Source: Amoebophrya sp. A120
Taxonomy: Eukaryota; Protista; Dinoflagellata
Reading direction: 5' to 3'
Assembly (NCBI GenBank): GCA_905178155.1
Contig: CAJINV010000004.1
Span: 3,885,555 to 3,949,554, forward strand
DNA length: 64,000 nt
In this document: positions 62,701 through 64,000 of the stretch, in pieces
How the letters are laid out: every line of letters starts with the position of its first letter
How positions within the stretch are numbered: the first letter of the stretch is position 1
Program-made: the position numbers and the translations under genes
The notes under the pieces: generated by a model
What the model was told of the DNA's origin: nothing
The model's database searches: none
The model's input: only the letters and a program-made list of their open reading frames with translations

Positions 62701-62778
62701 ATGCGGAGGAAATTTGTCATGCGATTTATACTAGTACGATACTTTTGCAATGCATATGAGTGCGCGAACGCGGATACA
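53721..62778 (+). CDS. Large PAN/Apple-domain, acidic and K/A/T/S-rich protein (3' end unresolved)
   Basis: Exon 1 MKLRLTRASAAALLV.. 53721-53823, GT-AG intron 53824-53989, Apple-like MCSG..DCEARCLANSGSCASFDY..CYY..NCF. Frame is continuous across 22 TIR elements and an intron ending at 60412; GT donor at 62779. Confidence 0.72.
54255..54507. mobile_element. Introner TIR element, family A
   Basis: TIR; TSD GCCTC. Confidence 0.92.
54538..54847. mobile_element. Introner TIR element, family G
   Basis: TIR; TSD AACAG. Confidence 0.9.
54970..55211. mobile_element. Introner TIR element, family B
   Basis: TIR; TSD GCTTT/GCTTC. Confidence 0.88.
55271..55523. mobile_element. Introner TIR element, family A
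   Basis: TIR; TSD CGGAC. Confidence 0.92.
55586..55821. mobile_element. Introner TIR element, family B
   Basis: TIR; TSD TGGAG. Confidence 0.9.
56000..56276. mobile_element. Introner TIR element, family A (reverse orientation)
   Basis: TIR; TSD GAAGA. Confidence 0.9.
56345..56554. mobile_element. Introner TIR element, family E
   Basis: TIR; TSD AATGA. Confidence 0.9.
56571..56925. mobile_element. Introner TIR element, family I
   Basis: TATTGTGCGGAAAAATCCCCCCTC / GAGGGGGGATTTTTCCTTGCAATG; flanks CCACT/CCAAG. Confidence 0.8.
56977..57240. mobile_element. Introner TIR element, family A
   Basis: TIR; TSD CGGCA. Confidence 0.92.
57266..57417. mobile_element. Introner TIR element, family C
   Basis: TIR; TSD CAGTG. 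Confidence 0.92.
58384..58593. mobile_element. Introner TIR element, family K
   Basis: TATCCAACGAAAAAACTGTATTCACTGTGA TIR; TSD ACCGG. Confidence 0.9.
58649..58801. mobile_element. Introner TIR element, family C
   Basis: TIR; TSD AATGT. Confidence 0.92.
59154..59483. mobile_element. Introner TIR element, family G
   Basis: TIR; TSD CCGGG/CTGGG. Confidence 0.88.
59539..59755. mobile_element. Introner TIR element, family E
   Basis: TIR; TSD AAAGC. Confidence 0.9.
59815..60097. mobile_element. Introner TIR element, family D, at a canonical donor site
   Basis: TIR; TSD GACGG/AACGG, right copy overlapping a GTAAGC donor. Confidence 0.85.
60600..60888. mobile_element. Introner TIR element, family D
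   Basis: TIR; TSD GAAGG. Confidence 0.87.
60957..61117. mobile_element. Introner TIR element, family C
   Basis: TIR; TSD GAGGA/CAGGA. Confidence 0.85.
61358..61620. mobile_element. Introner TIR element, family A
   Basis: TIR; TSD CATCG; interior close to 28245-28513. Confidence 0.92.
61678..61941. mobile_element. Introner TIR element, family A
   Basis: TIR (starts TAC); flanks GCTCT/ATTTT. Confidence 0.85.
61979..62197. mobile_element. Introner TIR element, family K
   Basis: TIR; TSD ATAGC. Confidence 0.9.
62257..62538. mobile_element. Introner TIR element, family D
   Basis: TIR; TSD CCGAC. Confidence 0.9.
62602..62756. mobile_element. Introner TIR element, family C
   Basis: TIR; TSD TGAGT. 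Confidence 0.9.
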
Positions 62779-63311
62779 GTGAGTATATACGTTTTTCATC
62801 TACTTCTTTTTCATGTTCTTCACAACAGGATCTACTTCCTAAGCCTAAGACCACAAGCCAAGGATTCATTGTGCTGTGTTGAGTACTGCCTTTTATTTTG
62901 CCATAAAACGAAAACGAAAACAAAAACAGCGAACTCAACCTTCAAGATCGGCACCACAGACAATTGGCTTGATGCGAGCGTGTGATGATGAAAAATGAAA
63001 ATCCCCTGATTTGCTCCTCTGCCTTGGCTTAGGAAATTCAAATGGTTTGTTGAATGTTGCCTGATCGTATTATATACTCCGTATCGTGCACGACCGTATA
63101 GTGGATTATACGCACATCATTTGTGAAAATGAAAATAAAAGCTCTTGAACCTCTTGAAGCCACCACGACGGACGGGTATCGATCCGATCCGATAGAACAT
63201 TTAACCTATCAATCCATGATATAATAGTTAGAGGCGCACGTGCAGCCAGGGGCTTTCGTTCTTTCCCCGTTCATATCAGAACTCAGACACCAAGTACGCT
63301 ACAGACAACAG

Positions 63312-63830
63312 CATTGCGAACTACGGCGAGTTATCCAATGTAAATAAATCTGGGTCTGGAACTTCTACAGTGGAACTTGCGTTGCATGTCTACTATGTCT
63401 AGCATTCCTGAAAAACGAAAATCTGTGTTGCACATCCAGCAAATAAGGCGTTGCTTTTTTGTCATGGTGCACAGAAGACGCAGTTTGTCATGCGTGCTGG
63501 TACAACGCTTTAGATGGCGTCAAAGGTGGAACTCGTCATGCTTGGCTGCACTTGAGAGCGCCAGACTTATCCCTGCTTTAGCATCACAAGTTTCCAGACC
63601 CAGACATATTTGCACTGGATACGAGTATTGCAAGGCGTGGGAAGACCAGCGGAATGTAAACAAGGCAGACTTTATCCTGGAAAAAACACCCATCCCCATC
63701 CATTTTTTGCATGACAAACACTGCAAATTATGCATGTTTTGCATGACAAATTGGATGGGGATGGGTGTTTTTTCCTGGATAGACTTCGGCACCGGAACTG
63801 CGGGGACCAACACGCGCTGCAACGGCTACT
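63312..63830 (+). CDS. Coding exons (IANYGEYCKAWEDQ..TRCNGY); continuation of the previous gene or a new gene
   Basis: Open frame after removing TIR elements 63332-63621 and 63673-63781; the link to the upstream exon could not be phased. Confidence 0.55.
63332..63621. mobile_element. Introner TIR element, family A
   Basis: TIR; TSD CGAGT. Confidence 0.9.
63673..63781. mobile_element. Introner TIR element, family L (shortest, 109 bp)
   Basis: TATCCWGGAAAAAACACCCATCCCCATCCA TIR; TSD GACTT. Confidence 0.92.
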
Positions 63831-64000
63831 TATGCAAGAAAAAAAAAACCGTGTATAGTGTGGGTCTGTGATGCAGATGAAAATGCAAAACAGTTTAGTT
63901 TACACTTGTCATGCCAGGCACCCAAGATGAAGTCCTCTTTTCATTTCATGTTTGTAACGAAGAACTTTCTCACAGCTTTTTGGCTCACGCTTTTACCCTA
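63831..64000. mobile_element. Introner TIR element, family F (truncated by window end)
   Basis: Left end matches the 31456 element. Confidence 0.75.

Noticed and set aside
1-64000. Recurrent short ORF peptides (LPDPDIF, KCKNVWVWK, AFSTVTFS, QKYRTR) as a protein family, or a transposase gene
   Set aside because: They are translations of TIRs; no DDE, tyrosine-recombinase or RT motifs were seen. No tRNA or rRNA genes were recognised either.

Overview
Eukaryotic genomic DNA, most likely a syndinian dinoflagellate parasite such as Amoebophrya. This is inferred from the gene set, the strictly co-oriented genes and the invasive non-canonical introns. About 13 protein-coding genes were reconstructed, all on the + strand: a PAN/Apple-domain protein, two intronless paralogues with a degenerate DXO/Rai1-like domain + KEN(Ire1/RNase L)-like domain + ankyrin repeat, a TPR/MSS51-C protein, an RRM protein, a Cys-rich secreted protein, two hypothetical proteins, CSN6, COG5, pICln, a very large PNGase F-like protein and a second Apple-domain protein. 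The ORF track is fragmented because I count 57 short (109-355 bp) terminal-inverted-repeat elements in about 12 families. Nearly all begin TAT and end ATA and are flanked by a 5-bp target duplication. Removing the element plus one duplication copy restores the reading frame at every coding junction I could check, so they behave as non-GT-AG introns (introners). There is a 364-N gap at 47441-47804. It is followed by a ~6-kb repeat-rich region in which the start codon and first 13 codons of the downstream gene recur five times at 1.1-1.6 kb spacing. All coordinates and domain calls were made by eye; no database searches were run.
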